Positions 25,415 to 37,491 of a DNA stretch of 64,000 nucleotides are shown one piece after another. The position numbers and the translations under genes are program-made. Location: positions 2,232,001 through 2,296,000 of the forward strand of contig OY986950.1 in NCBI GenBank assembly GCA_963920595.1. The letters are read 5' to 3'. The stretch's first letter is position 1. Each line of letters opens with the position of its first letter. Under the pieces are notes generated by a model. That model ran no database searches. It was given only the letters and a program-made list of their open reading frames with translations, and was not told where the DNA came from. Source of the stretch: Eimeria praecox. Its lineage: Eukaryota.

Positions 25415-28400
25415 TTAAAGTGCGGGAATGGCTGTGGGGAAGGGTGTGAGCGTAGGAGAGGTCTCAGGGGACAGCTCCATAGCGGAGTGCGGGGTGGATA
25501 GTTGGAGGGTTTCGGGGCTGCTGTGTTTGTACTCTGTGGCTAGAGGAGGCCCTTCGTGCCTTCCCCGTTTGAACCTATATGCTGTTGGGCCCCCTACCCG
25601 AGGACCCCTGCCGGACCCGTGGATAGCTCCTGCCTTAGCCCGGTGTAGCCACTCCAGGGCAAGTTGCTGGGCCCTTTCTTTTCCGAATTTTTTGGACTGA
25701 AATACTTTATATCTCGCTTGAGGCTCCTCCATCCAGAAAACCCTAAGCAGCAACCGCAGGGGCACATAACGCAAACCTTAGTAGCGTAGCACCTGACTAT
25801 TTTACAGAGTCAAAGATAAACGCAGGTACTCGCAGGGCCAGAGTGGCAAGGCAGGACTGGCGTAAGGATTGTTGGTGAGTGAGATGTGGGCTCGGATGCG
25901 CCCTTTGGCCTATTGGGGAAATAAGCTCTTAATGAGCTTAACTACAGCTGTTGCTTCAAACAATGCCAGAGCATACGCTGCGGGTAGGGCGGGGAGTTGA
26001 GACTAAAGGTAAAATGTAAGCTTTAGGTGTTGGCCCGTATTTTGAGTTTGCGGCTTAGACTCACCTCCATTCTCTGCTCTCTCCATCGTATTGCAGAACG
26101 GGTTCAACGGGTCGACGGGGCCCCGCAGCAGCAATGGCTGCTAGCATTTCAGGCGGCAGAGGAAGGGGCTTCCTAAATCCCTTTCTGGTTCTCACAGGTA
26201 CAGCAGCGATTTCCAGCATTGTATGGTGAGTACCGCTGTTGCTGCTACAGACTGAATCTCTTGTTTCTTCTCTCCCTCCATCCCTCCAGCGGCTGCCCCC
26301 GCTGCAAGACGTGCCATCGGGCCCCCCAGTGAGCTTTGCGGTCCTCTCTGCTTCTCGGATATCTCCCCAGGTGGCAGCTTGCCCTGCTGCTGATCCGCCT
26401 GGGGTGGAGGGCAGGTGCTGGTGTGCGTTGGGCCTTAAACAGAAGGGCGTTCCAGCGGTTCTTTTGGTGGAAGCAAAAAGAACGCTATTACCGGAGTCTC
26501 TAGCACTTCGAAAACCGTCAGTCAGTTTGTTCCTGTCTCTTACACATCCCTCTCGCCTGCGTCTCCCCTCCCGAGCGTAGGGCTTTACGGCCTCCAGCGC
26601 CTTCCCCCCGCAAAAGCGAGCGCTGCAGCTCGGCATAGAAAGGAACGGCCTCCCGCTTCCCTCTGCTCCGCTCTCTCCTGCCTCATCTTCAGAGGACCCA
26701 AACCACTGTACACCCGAGCATACAAACGCGTCCGCGCACAAAGCGGTCCGCGGGTAGCGACTGAGGGTTTGGGGGGCTCCCCTTGGTGGTCCCTCAAACC
26801 CTAACAGAGGTGCAAACAGCCCAAGGTATGATCGGCCTTCTTCCTTCTCCTCGCCAGAAACACTGCCTACCCCATGCCCGCGCTTCTTTATGAGCGTAGG
26901 GTTCCATGGCCCTACTTTGCTGCTGCAGCTGCTGCTATCCGTTCCATCAAACTCGATCCTTTGTGGGGCCGCCCATTGCTGTGCGGGACTCCCCCAATCA
27001 CTTACAGGAGAGCACGATTCAGGGAGGGGTGGCGCGCAGGCCGCCTCATTCAAGGAAGGAACACAGCCGTCCTCAGATCCAGATCGATTCCACGAGACGC
27101 TTGCGGTGCTTTCCCCTTCAGCAGCTGAGAGGGCCGCTCGCATTGGCAGCAAGGAGCCTTGTGTGGGAGGCCAGAGGTACCCCTCTCCCGACGTCTGAGC
27201 ACCACGAGAGCCCCCAAGGCGGTCCTGAAGGAGACAATGAAGCAAAGAGACCGAAACCTTAGAATTAATCAAATGCAACACGTAACTGCAAAGCCTCCAG
27301 CTAGCAGAAACGGAGGCCCCTGCATCCCCTTTCCCCAGGAAGACAAGAAACAGCTGCACCAGCATGAAGATAAATGAGGCTCAGCCCTCAATAATGGTAG
27401 GCCCTTGCTACAAAAGCGCGTGCACTTCGTTACTTACGCGGGCCATCTTTTTCGGGCTAGCCACCTGTTGGGGGGCCTCTCCTCCCACTGTGGCCGTTGC
27501 TGCTGCGCGCTGAAGCAGCAGCTCGAGCTCCTGCTGCGGGTTCACTAGGTGGCTATCAGCAGTGCGGGTTCCCCCAAAGCCCCACCGGACAGAGTCCTGG
27601 AGGGCCCCGCACAGGCAAGGAGGCCCCCAGCAGAGACCTGCTAGGAGATGATCCAGGCAGTAACAAACGCGAGGCTCACATGGCAGGGCTCCTTGTTGGC
27701 ACGCTGCAGCAGAGGAGCCCCCACTTGGACTTGAATGCGATGACTCGCTAGGGCGGGCTGCTGCTGCTTTTGTTGGAGTTTCTGCTGCCGCTGGTGCTGT
27801 TGCTGTTACCAGCGATCCTGACGCTACTGCGGTTGGTTTCACCCCTCCTACTGACTTTGATGCTTCTGTTGCTGCTGCCCTTGCTGTGTGTGTTTCTGGT
27901 GCCGCCGTTGGTGTTGCTATAGCTGCCGTTGGCGTTGTTGCTGCTGTTGTTGGTGTTGCTGCTGCTGCAGGTGTCGTGGGCGCTGCTGTTGGTGTTGTCG
28001 CAGCAGTTGTTGGTGTTACTGCTGCAGGTGATGACGACTTCGCAGCTGCTGGACCGGCTTCTGATGCAGCCGCACCTGCCTCGGGTGGGCTTTGGCTGCT
28101 GCTGTAAGCTACTGGGAGTGACCGAAGGGGCTGTCTGACTAGACTGTCGAAGCCAGAGCTATCACAGCAGCTGTTGACACCATGCGTCTTCGGGGTGCTG
28201 CAACGGAGTTCTTTTACCGCCCTCAACAGAAGCAGCGGCTGCTGCTTGGGCTGCTCCGGCTGCTGTAACTGCGGATTTGTTGCGGCGGCACCTTGTCCAA
28301 CCTCCATAGCCGATGCCTCTTGTGAGCACTCAGATCTGGCTTCAGCATGCACCCCCCTTGGCCCTCGCACATCCTGGCAGATGCGGCTAAAAGCCCCCAA

Positions 28401-29405
28401 AGAAGCCCCATTCAAGGTTTCCCCTTTACGCTCCGCCTCTCGCGTTCTGAGGCTGGGATCTGCTGCCCCTACAAGCAGTCGTCTTGGTGCTTTGTCTTGT
28501 TGCAGTTCCTGGGGAGTGGATACAGGCGTACGTGAGTCGGCAACGCCACAGCAGCAGCTGCCGCTGCTGCTCCCGCTTGTGCACTTGGTCAGGTCTCCGA
28601 TAACAGCCCTTCTGAGAAAAAGATTCATACGGCCACGCCATTTGTGCTCCCCGTGGCTTGGGCTGCCGCTTTTGCAGCTGCTCTTGCAATTGCTGCAGTT
28701 GTTGCTGTTGGTTCTGCTCCTAACCACCTCGGTGGAAATGTAGGGAAGAGTGCCCTGCCGTTCTTCTGGCCTGTTTGAGGTGCTGCAGGCTGTGGCACAG
28801 TCCATGTCCTTGCCGAAGTTGCAGCAGCAGCAACAACTGCTGCTGCTGCTTTGGTGAACTCCCCACCATTTCAAACCTCCCCTGCAACTGCAAATCGGGC
28901 TGCTGCAGCTGCTGCTGCAGCGAATGCCGCCGTTGTTGCCGTTGTCGGCCTCGCAGCGGCTCGAGCATGCGCCCAGGCAGCAGTAGCAGGCACGATGCCC
29001 TGCGGAGGCGGGGCTCTCTATGAGGCCACCGGTGTTACTCCAGTTCTCCGCGGGCTCATCGGCTCCAACCGGGCTGCTGCTGCTGCTGCAACTGCTGCTG
29101 CAGCATGCCACTCCGATGACGGGCAGCGTCAGTAGCTCTGAAGACGCCGTTGTTCCACCTTGTTGCTGTAGCGTGCCTAGCTTCCTCCCCCCCAGAGGCC
29201 CACTGGCCTCCACAGTGGTGAGGGCGAAGCTTCCCCGCTTAGTATTCATGGAGGCAGTTGGTTCAGCCCTGGACTCGCCTCCTCCAGTGTAGGTCCCCTC
29301 TCCCTTTACTGGTGTGAGGCTCTGCTGGCGTGTGCTGCGTTGTAGTTGCGAAGTAAGGTAAGAGGCTTTCCCGGACCTTTGGACTGCCGCCAGTAAGGTT
29401 TCCAA
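25415..29405 (-). CDS. ApiAP2 transcription factor with a single C-terminal AP2 domain (3 exons)
   Basis: Exons ~29405 (first ATG 29249)-27438, 27224-26065 and 25742-25415, phase-consistent with GTAAGT/GTGAGT donors. Spliced domain VLQYDGESREWR/VFWMEEPQARYKVFQSKKFGKERAQQLALEWL matches the ApiAP2 three-strand plus helix pattern. Start codon uncertain. Confidence 0.85.
27885..28025 (-). repeat. Coding minisatellite (~21-24 bp units) encoding TPT(T/A)AA(T/P) repeats in the AP2 protein
   Basis: AAVTPTTAATTPTAAPTTPAAAATPTTAATTPTAAIATPTAAPET in the 27408-29405 ORF. Confidence 0.8.
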
Positions 29406-31210
29406 CCAATTTATTTCAAACTGAACTCTCTGTTAGTGCTGCTTCTGGTGCTGCAGCACCAGCTGCGGAGGCGGAGGCGGCGGTGGCGGACGCTGGGACG
29501 CTGCGGAAGAGCCGAAGGTCACTGGCCGTGTGCAGCGGCAGCAAAACAGTAGCAGCTGCTTCATATATGGCAACTGCTTATCTAAATAGGGGGTAAAAGC
29601 CAGTTGGAGTCTACAAACGAAAAAATGCGAAAGAGGGACAGAGCTGCGGCTTGGGATCGGGGGGACGGGGTATCGGGTGGGTAGGCGGTATGGTGTATAA
29701 GTGTCCGGTGTCTGCCGTTCCCTGACTAACCACTGAAGTGATATTTTTTATTACGTAAAATTGTGGGGGCATTGGATGGCCTCAGAGACTCTTTAGGCCA
29801 ACACGTTTGCGCGAGACACGCGCCCGTCTGACCCGTGCAGGGGGGAGGCGGTGTGAAAGGGTCTGAAGTGCGGCTCATTGACCGCTATAAAGGTCTCAAT
29901 TGCAGAAATACAAACACATTCAAATAATTTTTAAATAACCCAAAAGAAAGAGTGGAAAATAAACAGCAGGCAGCTAATGCTGGGGGCTGCACACCAGCCG
30001 GGGTTGGGGGTGGTTCCGTGTCGAGCGCTGCGCAGCTGCAGCGGTACCTGTGCCAGACAAAGAGCTTTAAGTAGGGCAAAAACTGCTTAATCTTCTCTGT
30101 AGCATCCAGCTGAAGCCTAAAGCGATTAATTTACACATTTTTTGTTCAAAATAATGCCCTCGCCGCCGGTTATGCCGACGGTTGCCCAACTCCACCCCCC
30201 AACACAAGCCCTCAGGGTGAGTTCTGTGCCGGCGTTTTCCCGTTTTTACCCTTTAAAAAATTAAAGCCTAAGCATATTGAACTATTCAAAACGATTTCAC
30301 CAGAAATTCCTACTTTAAAACCCTGAAAGACAGCACAGCACAGAAACCTACGCGTGACCCCAGCAGAATCGACGGCGTCGCCCCGCCATATCTCACTCTC
30401 CTGTGTTATGTCTCAGCTGCATATGCATGTAAAAACCCAAGTTTAACAATTCTGAATGTTGCACAAAAAACCTGGCACTAGACCCGCTTACACTCGCCCC
30501 AAACGGGTTGCTTCGTCGCTTGCTCCAGCGGGGTACTCTGTGCTGCAGTTGCAACAACATATTGCGGCCTGCCGCAGTAGCAACAGCAGTGAGACCCTCA
30601 AACACCTGCAGCTGCATGTAAAAAGCCTAGCGCTTTAACCCCATAGCTGTTAACTGCGTCCTTCATCCACGCTTCGTTGGCTCGTCCCCTATTGCCGCCC
30701 TGTGGGGACAAGAGGGTGCTAGTGCAGCTAGTGCCACAGCTTTTAACTGAGCTGCGGCTACTCAAGCTGGGTGATGCACAAGGTGCAGCCAGTGCTGCAG
30801 CTGCAGCTCATCCTGCCGCCGCTGCTGGGCCGTTTGCTCCAACTGGTACAGCTTACACAATGTCGTATGGTTTTGTTGCTTCACATCCCATTCTATTTAT
30901 GAAAGGCGCTCACGAGTGAATATCCTTGATGAGGCCATCGGTCGCTGAGAATAATTTTTTTCCTGCAGGTGCGCGTGAGCTACTGCCGCAAAAAAAAGAG
31001 AAACAAGAGCAGCCTCAGCGTCTATTCATCAATGCAGTCCGGATGCTCGCTGCTGCTGCAGGGTCCAAAGCCTTTCGAAGGGAAGAAGATGGGCTGGCAG
31101 TCCCCTCTGCAAGCAAATTGCACCAGGACAAGTGTACATACGTCACAACACTCACCTTCCCCCACCGGTCTCTTCAGATACAGCTCCATCTGCAAGTGTA
31201 ACTTCAGGGC

Positions 31211-34200
31211 TTACTGAGTTTCTGGGGGACTTCGGTAGGCTCTTTCCGCTGCAGCTGCCCGTTGCACGGCTGCAGTTGCTGCCTGTAGGCAGGAGATTTC
31301 AGCAGTCGCTGCAGCATCTGAGGCGCTGATGGATGTCTGCTGTAGCAGCTGCAGCAACTCCAGAAGCAAGTCACTGACCTGCACCCAATCATCCTGCTGC
31401 AGAAAGTCCTCCAACTTCACTATGCCACAACACCAGCATCTCTTGCTGCTGCTGCTGTTGGTGCTATTTGGCGCAGCACCTGCCGCAGCTGTTTCGTCCA
31501 TAGAAAAGCAAGCATATAGCACATGCCAAATTTCAACAAGGTGCCGTTGTGGCTGCTGCTTCCACTGTTGTTGCGGGTCTTCTTGCTGCTGTGACAGCAG
31601 GCATCGAAGAGGCCAGAGAAACAGCTGCAGCGCGAGTGGCCGAAGAGAGGCAACTGTAACAGCCACCTGCAGCATCGCCCGCCACAGGCAGCTGTCCCTG
31701 TTGCATGTGCCGCAGCTGCTGCTGCTGCGAAGGAAATGCATGGTGGTCGGCGTCGCGGCACAGTGAACGAGCAAGGCTCGAAGTAGCTGCTGTAGCACCT
31801 CTACAGGGTCTTGAAGGTGCGCAGAATTCCAGTAACTGCTGGCGCAGTTTCTTTGCAAGCTGCTGCCTGGAAGCTCATGGGAGAGCACCACATATGCTGC
31901 AGCAAGCGTTGCATGTTGTAGCACCATGGCGAAATCTTCCTGCAAATCTTGCAGCTGCATTAGCTCGTGCTGCACGGGTCGGGGCATTTTCTGCTCACCA
32001 CCTGCAGCCGTCGTTGCTGTTATTGTTATTGCTGCTGCTGCTGCTGCCGTTACCGCTGATGAAAATGAGCTTATCAGGCTGCCACGCGTTCCTATGATGG
32101 ATAAAGCATGCTGTTCCCCAGTCTGCACACATGCTGCAGCTGCTGCTTCTGCTGTTTTTGCTGCTGTTGCTGTTGCTGCTGCGCCTGTTCTTCCTGCCTG
32201 CTTTGCCAGAGGTGCCCCTGATGCCGCAGCTACTGGGGCAGAAACAGAAACGCAAATGTCCCGCAGAGCTGGGCCGACAATGTGTGTCCACGCAATACGC
32301 AACAGTCGCGCAGCAGTTGCAGCTGTACCAGCAGCGCCTGCATCAGCACTACCAGCATCACTGGAAGCAGCAGCTGCTTCATAACGCGGTGTGGCTGAAG
32401 CGGCAGCCGTCTTATGCCATTCAAGGAAGCGGGCCAGAGCTTGCAAAGCAACAGCGACGCTGGATTCTACTGCGACCCACGCCAACGGCACTACAGCTCC
32501 ACAGCACAGTGCCGTAGTAGGCTCCTCCCCTCCTTTGTTGCAGGTTGTCTCAGAGCTGAACAAAGCACTTGCTTCAAGACAAACTGCCCCATTGCCAGTG
32601 AATGTCATGCGCTTGCTGCAATAAGCGCTGCAGCTGTCGCTACTACAATTGCTGCCGCCCCTATTGTGTCCATAGCGCCTACTGCTCCCTGCCCTTCTAT
32701 GACTGATAGGAGATTGTAGGATTTGCTGCAGCAACTGGCAGGCGAGTGGCTCTGGAAGTTGCTGCTCCGCGCGCGATGACAAGAACCGCAAAAGGGCAAT
32801 GTCTGCATCTACTGCTGCAGCGATAAGGTCGGCTACTTGCTCCTTCTGTTGCAACGAATATCCGGCTTCTGCTGACTGTAGACAGAATCGCACAACTGCT
32901 GCAGCCCCCCTTGCAAAGCATTGCTGCAGCGCCCTCGCCTCCACAGCAGATCCTTCAGGTGGGCCAGGTGCAGCTGGTGCATTTGCAGACTGCTGTATCT
33001 GCATGCAGGCGCTCTTAGCTGCTTCCGTCAGGGCAACAAGAAGCTTGCTAAAACATCCAAATGCTGCCGCTGTGGCAGCAGCGGGTGCTCCACCTGGTGG
33101 TGACCCTGTCGGTGCAGCTGCGATTTCTCTTGCATCCAGTGCCGGAGCAGGGGTATCGCATCCCCTTGGAGCCACGAGCCTCAGAAGCTGGTTGACCAAT
33201 GAAGTAATGACCTTTTCGAGTGTGTCGGTCTCGCTATCACTACTGGTTGCAGCCTCCGCTGCTAGTGCAAGTCTGGGAAGCTGCACCAGCACGCAGACGC
33301 AGCACAGCGGCGCTTCTACACCTGCTGCTGCGGCTTCCATTATGCTCCAGCTGGTGACGGTGTTGCCGATGTTTCTGCTTGCCTCTCTCGCGCCTGGCCA
33401 CTCCCTTGGCAGTAAAGGTAGCAGGAGATCAACGCGTTGGTCGCAAGTTTGAATAGCAGCTCTCAGGAGCCTCACAAGCTGCTGCTCAAGCAGCCGCAGC
33501 AGCACCTGCTGCTGCTGCGTCAATACCGTAGGGATACGCCGCTGCCGTTGGCTGTGCATAATCTGCAGCTGACACTGCTGCCGCCAAGCTTGAGGCTGCT
33601 GCATGTGGAAAACGGCTATGCGCAGTAAGTGGAGAGCTTCTGCCGCATGGAGCGAAAGAGATAATGGTGTTGCTGCAGTATCTTGCAAGGTCTCGCCCTT
33701 CAGAAATTGCTGCTCCAGACCAGGCAGCAGCAAAAGCAGCAGCAACGGGAACGCCGGTGGTGCAACCTCAACTGAAAACTCCCTAATGCACGGCCGCCCT
33801 GTTGAACCAGAGGTGGGTGCTTCTGCAGCGGCAAACGGGTGCCCTGTATGCTGCAGCATCAGCAGAAGGCCGCATGCGACCGAAGCAGTTAATTCTGTCG
33901 CTGCCGCGGCGGCTGAGCTGCTTCCTTCCACCGCAGCCTTCGTTATCGAAGAGCACAGAGCCACGGCATCTACTTCTCTGCATGTTCCCCTTGCTTCTGG
34001 TGCTCCTGCTGTAGTTGCGTCTATTGCTGCTGTTAGTGCAGTATCAGGTACTGCTGCAGGTACTTCAGCAGCCATAGCCCATCCGGCCCCTTTGTTTGCA
34101 GCATCTCTCGCAGCTTGTTGTACTACAATCGAGAGGTCGTCTAGTGCAGCAGCAGCAAGTATGTCTGCTGCTGCCTCTCGCAGCTCTAAGCAGACATCTG

Positions 34201-36475
34201 AGTGAAGGAGGCACAGATATGCACCCTTCACCACGCCTCTGCTGCCGCCAGAGCAGCTACCACCTCTCCAGGCACGCAGCAGTAGGGCCAGCTGCAGCAG
34301 CACTACCATGCGCTTCTGCTCGTGTAATGAGTTGGTATCCAACAACACTGAGCCCGGTGTTAGTCCTTTGTCCTTTCCTTTTTGTTGCTGATGCAGCAGC
34401 TGCCCCACCTGTTCCGCCACAAAGGCCCTGTAGTCTCCCACGAACCCAGCGTCGCAACGACAAATGGCACACGCCAGCTGCTGCTGCAGCAACCGCAGCA
34501 GCAACTGCAGCAGCAGCAAGTGCAGACGCGCATGCTGCTTCTCGTGAGTTCGGACGTCCCCCAATAGATGTAAAAGGAAAGCACAAAAGCTTCGGCAGCT
34601 GCTGACCCTGCAGCAGCAGATCGCGCCACGCCCGCTGCCTTTGCCGTGCGCCTGATGTACATCCTGATGCTCCTGCTGCAGGTCTTGCTGCAGGTCTTGC
34701 TGCAGGCCCTTCTGCTCCTGCTGTACCTCACTCGTTTGCCGCTGGTTATACCGATGTTGCGCCTGCTCCTCATGTCTGTGCAGCTCAACGGTGGCGCAGG
34801 TTATGCGCCTCAGGATCTGCTGTGCTACATCGGCCGGTATCGACTGATGCAGATGTGGCTCAGCATGCTGTTGATGTAGCCGGATCGTAGCCGGAGCAGC
34901 AGCAGACATCCAATCAGAATCACGGGGGCACGCCTTCCTTGGGGTTGCTCCTGGTGCTTTGCTTCCTGATGGGCTTGCTACTCCTTTTAGAGCATGCTTT
35001 GCATCTGGAGCCGCTGAATGGCCTTCGTGCTGCTGCAGTGGCTCGGGCCTGTCCTCCTTGGTGATCAAAGAACGCAAAAGCGCTGCTGTTTGTTGCCAGC
35101 AGCTGCTATTTCCTGGTCTCCGTTTGCTTCTGCTTGTGTTGTCACAGTTGCAAGGAATACTGCAAAGTGGACAGATTTCCGGGGCACGAATGCAGCCGCC
35201 GGTGTCGCTGCTGCCATTCCTGTTCAAGCTATTGCTGCTGGTGCTGTTCTTGCTGCTGCTGCCGTTGCCCTCTTCAATGGGAGATTGGCATGATTCGTTT
35301 CTCTGTCTTCGGAAGCCATTCCGTCGCTGCACTTGCTGGGTTTCTGCTGCATACTGCTGGTCTCGTTGTAACCCATGCACTGTTTGCAGTTGCACAGACG
35401 GTGGCTGCTGCTGTATCGGAGGTTCCTTCAGCAGCAAATTCTCCAACCTCTCTGGCAGCAGCACGTCGCTGTCTTGCTGGGGTGGAACGGTTGCAGTAGT
35501 GTCATCACTGAAGACCTGCCAGTGCGACGGCTCCAGTTCCAGCTTCTGTTGTTGATGCTTCTGCTGTACTCCTTTCCGTTCCAGATGCACTACCCTGGGG
35601 GCGGTTTGTTGGTGCTTGCCAAGATCGCCTGCAGCTATAGCAGAAGCTTCAGCAACATCAATGTCAACAGCCGCACCATACGAACTCCCCGCCACTTCTG
35701 ATGGGTGTAGCTGCTTGTGGTGCAGCTGATTTAGCACAGACGGCATGAACCCTCTGCCTTCGGGGAAGGGGGAGAGTTTTCGCAGCAATTCTAATGCTCT
35801 AGCGTGTAGCTCATTTGCCAAAGGGGCTAGTGTTACGTTTCTCTGGGCCTCTAAGGCTGATTCTGCTGCTTGTGCCTCCGGTGTTGTTGCTCCTGCTCCA
35901 GTGTTGGGGCATGCAAGCCCTGTCAGTCCCGGCGGTTCTGCCTCATTCTTCCCCTTGTGCACCTCGCAGCCCGTGATGGACCCACTGCTGCTACTGCCGC
36001 TCCTTCTCCAGTTGCCGTTATTCATGTCATTTATGCAGCTCGAGGTGCACTGTCTACACCTGCTACCCCGCTGGCTGTTACCGCACTCGTATATTTTTGT
36101 GCAGTCATCACTGCTGCTGCACAGTTGCGTGTGCAGCCTGCCTCTCCAGGTATTATTAAGTTGCTGCTGTATTCTCGTCCATTGTTCCTTTTGTTGATCA
36201 CTCTGGCCAAGCTGATGTTTTTGTCGCTGCTGCTGCTGTAGTTGTCTCTCCGACTTTTTCTTCCCCAGAGGCCGAAACGTCACTTCGCTGGGTTGCTGCA
36301 GTTTTCTCAGCACATTCTCCGCAGAGGATGCTACCAGCTCCCGCTGCTGCGCCTGCTCTGCATCTGGAGAGTAAAGAACCCCAGCAGCAGGGCAGCATTC
36401 TGCACACGGCATTCCGTACTTTCTGAGCCGCGTGTCCTTCCCTGCTCTGCTGCTCCAGAAGCAGCAGCAGCACAA
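31211..36475 (-). CDS. Large hypothetical protein (~1750-codon open frame) with Ala/Gln/Ser homopolymer runs and Leu-rich helical blocks
   Basis: 5.2-kb stop-free frame; first ATG ~36412 (MPCAEC). No recognisable domain. Candidate splice donors near 31378 and 31214 mean the 3' end may be spliced further. Confidence 0.7.
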   Translation of the reverse strand: MCCCCFWSSRAGKDTRLRKYGMPCAECCPAAGVLYSPDAEQAQQRELVASSAENVLRKLQQPSEVTFRPLGKKKSERQLQQQQRQKHQLGQSDQQKEQWTRIQQQLNNTWRGRLHTQLCSSSDDCTKIYECGNSQRGSRCRQCTSSCINDMNNGNWRRSGSSSSGSITGCEVHKGKNEAEPPGLTGLACPNTGAGATTPEAQAAESALEAQRNVTLAPLANELHARALELLRKLSPFPEGRGFMPSVLNQLHHKQLHPSEVAGSSYGAAVDIDVAEASAIAAGDLGKHQQTAPRVVHLERKGVQQKHQQQKLELEPSHWQVFSDDTTATVPPQQDSDVLLPERLENLLLKEPPIQQQPPSVQLQTVHGLQRDQQYAAETQQVQRRNGFRRQRNESCQSPIEEGNGSSSKNSTSSNSLNRNGSSDTGGCIRAPEICPLCSIPCNCDNTSRSKRRPGNSSCWQQTAALLRSLITKEDRPEPLQQHEGHSAAPDAKHALKGVASPSGSKAPGATPRKACPRDSDWMSAAAPATIRLHQQHAEPHLHQSIPADVAQQILRRITCATVELHRHEEQAQHRYNQRQTSEVQQEQKGLQQDLQQDLQQEHQDVHQAHGKGSGRGAICCCRVSSCRSFCAFLLHLLGDVRTHEKQHARLHLLLLQLLLRLLQQQLACAICRCDAGFVGDYRAFVAEQVGQLLHQQQKGKDKGLTPGSVLLDTNSLHEQKRMVVLLQLALLLRAWRGGSCSGGSRGVVKGAYLCLLHSDVCLELREAAADILAAAALDDLSIVVQQAARDAANKGAGWAMAAEVPAAVPDTALTAAIDATTAGAPEARGTCREVDAVALCSSITKAAVEGSSSAAAAATELTASVACGLLLMLQHTGHPFAAAEAPTSGSTGRPCIREFSVEVAPPAFPLLLLLLLPGLEQQFLKGETLQDTAATPLSLSLHAAEALHLLRIAVFHMQQPQAWRQQCQLQIMHSQRQRRIPTVLTQQQQVLLRLLEQQLVRLLRAAIQTCDQRVDLLLPLLPREWPGAREASRNIGNTVTSWSIMEAAAAGVEAPLCCVCVLVQLPRLALAAEAATSSDSETDTLEKVITSLVNQLLRLVAPRGCDTPAPALDAREIAAAPTGSPPGGAPAAATAAAFGCFSKLLVALTEAAKSACMQIQQSANAPAAPGPPEGSAVEARALQQCFARGAAAVVRFCLQSAEAGYSLQQKEQVADLIAAAVDADIALLRFLSSRAEQQLPEPLACQLLQQILQSPISHRRAGSSRRYGHNRGGSNCSSDSCSAYCSKRMTFTGNGAVCLEASALFSSETTCNKGGEEPTTALCCGAVVPLAWVAVESSVAVALQALARFLEWHKTAAASATPRYEAAAASSDAGSADAGAAGTAATAARLLRIAWTHIVGPALRDICVSVSAPVAAASGAPLAKQAGRTGAAATATAAKTAEAAAAACVQTGEQHALSIIGTRGSLISSFSSAVTAAAAAAITITATTAAGGEQKMPRPVQHELMQLQDLQEDFAMVLQHATLAAAYVVLSHELPGSSLQRNCASSYWNSAHLQDPVEVLQQLLRALLVHCAATPTTMHFLRSSSSCGTCNRDSCLWRAMLQVAVTVASLRPLALQLFLWPLRCLLSQQQEDPQQQWKQQPQRHLVEIWHVLYACFSMDETAAAGAAPNSTNSSSSKRCWCCGIVKLEDFLQQDDWVQVSDLLLELLQLLQQTSISASDAAATAEISCLQAATAAVQRAAAAERAYRSPPETQ

Positions 36476-37491
36476 GTGTGGTCACGGCAGCCAAAAGGTG
36501 GAGCGAACGGCAGGACAAGCCCCGTCTGAGCACGCTGCGTGCTGCACCTCTTTCTTGTTGCTTTGGCTGCTCAACCAGCAGTTGATGCAACGGCGAAGGG
36601 CTCAAAACGCACAGCTCTCTCTATCCTTCTTGGCTAAAACCTTAGGGAGCTCTTGTTTCCCGTTCATACAAAAATAGGGAGACAGGAACGACAGCTACGC
36701 CACGGAAACTTGACATGTAGCGCGGCACCCGCTGGGCGCAGCAAGAGAAGTACACTCGAAACAAATCGAGGGCATAAGCTGCCCTTATGGCTGCCGCCTA
36801 TTCCTCAGAGTTCGTAATCTACGATTTGACCCAAAGGAGTTCACTTCCTAACAGCCCTATGCAAAGATGATCAAGCAAGGGGCAGGCCCCCATAGGTCCT
36901 TGTCTTCCACCTTGCGACCGAGTGGGTTAGGAAGGGCATCAATGTTCATGCTTTGCGAAATCTTACGCAGGATTTGGTGCCATTAATATGAATATCTTGA
37001 CAAGATTAGACAGCATTTCTAATATGAATGGGGGTGACCGAAGGTCCCGAAAGAACAAAGGCCACCATCCCTTGCATGGCTGTGCTAAAAGGTAGTTAGA
37101 GGGGCGTGCTGTTTGGAGCGAGCATATGGAGAGTTTTATAAAAGATTACAGCGTATTTCAGCAAGTTGTGTTTGCTTTTGCTTGGCAAACTAGACTAGTG
37201 AATTCTTGCTGCCCCTGCACTGAATATCTACACGTTTGGATTGGGCTCGGTTTTGATCTGCACCAGCATACCGGGCACCATTTCTGAACCCGGCGTTGCT
37301 AGGGCTAAAACGAATAGTGATATTCTATAACCAGAGAAGGGGAGTATGTATAGGACTGCACGATAGCCGAAGAGCCCTGAGATATAGCTTGTCACGGGGC
37401 GTAGCGGTATCGCGAGTTGTCCAGTGCCTCAACTACATGTGCCGCTAGCAGGCAGAAAAAGTCCTCGAGTTGCAGTATTTCTTCCTTCTCA

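Larger units (their letters stand above)
16644..36600. repeat. CAG/CTG trinucleotide-rich segment (Eimeria repeat-rich R-type region)
   Basis: Dense CAG/GCA/AGC tracts encoding polyQ/A/S in all genes of this interval; such tracts are rare in 1-16.5 kb and 37-64 kb. Confidence 0.85.

Noticed and set aside
27408..29000. Poly-Cys runs (CCCCC, CYCC) in the AP2 protein as metal-binding domains
   Set aside because: They derive from TGC-frame CAG/CTG repeats and lack zinc-finger spacing.
27400..36500. Many long antisense and alternate-frame ORFs over the AP2 and 1754-codon genes
   Set aside because: Expected shadows of stop-poor CAG/CTG-rich sequence.
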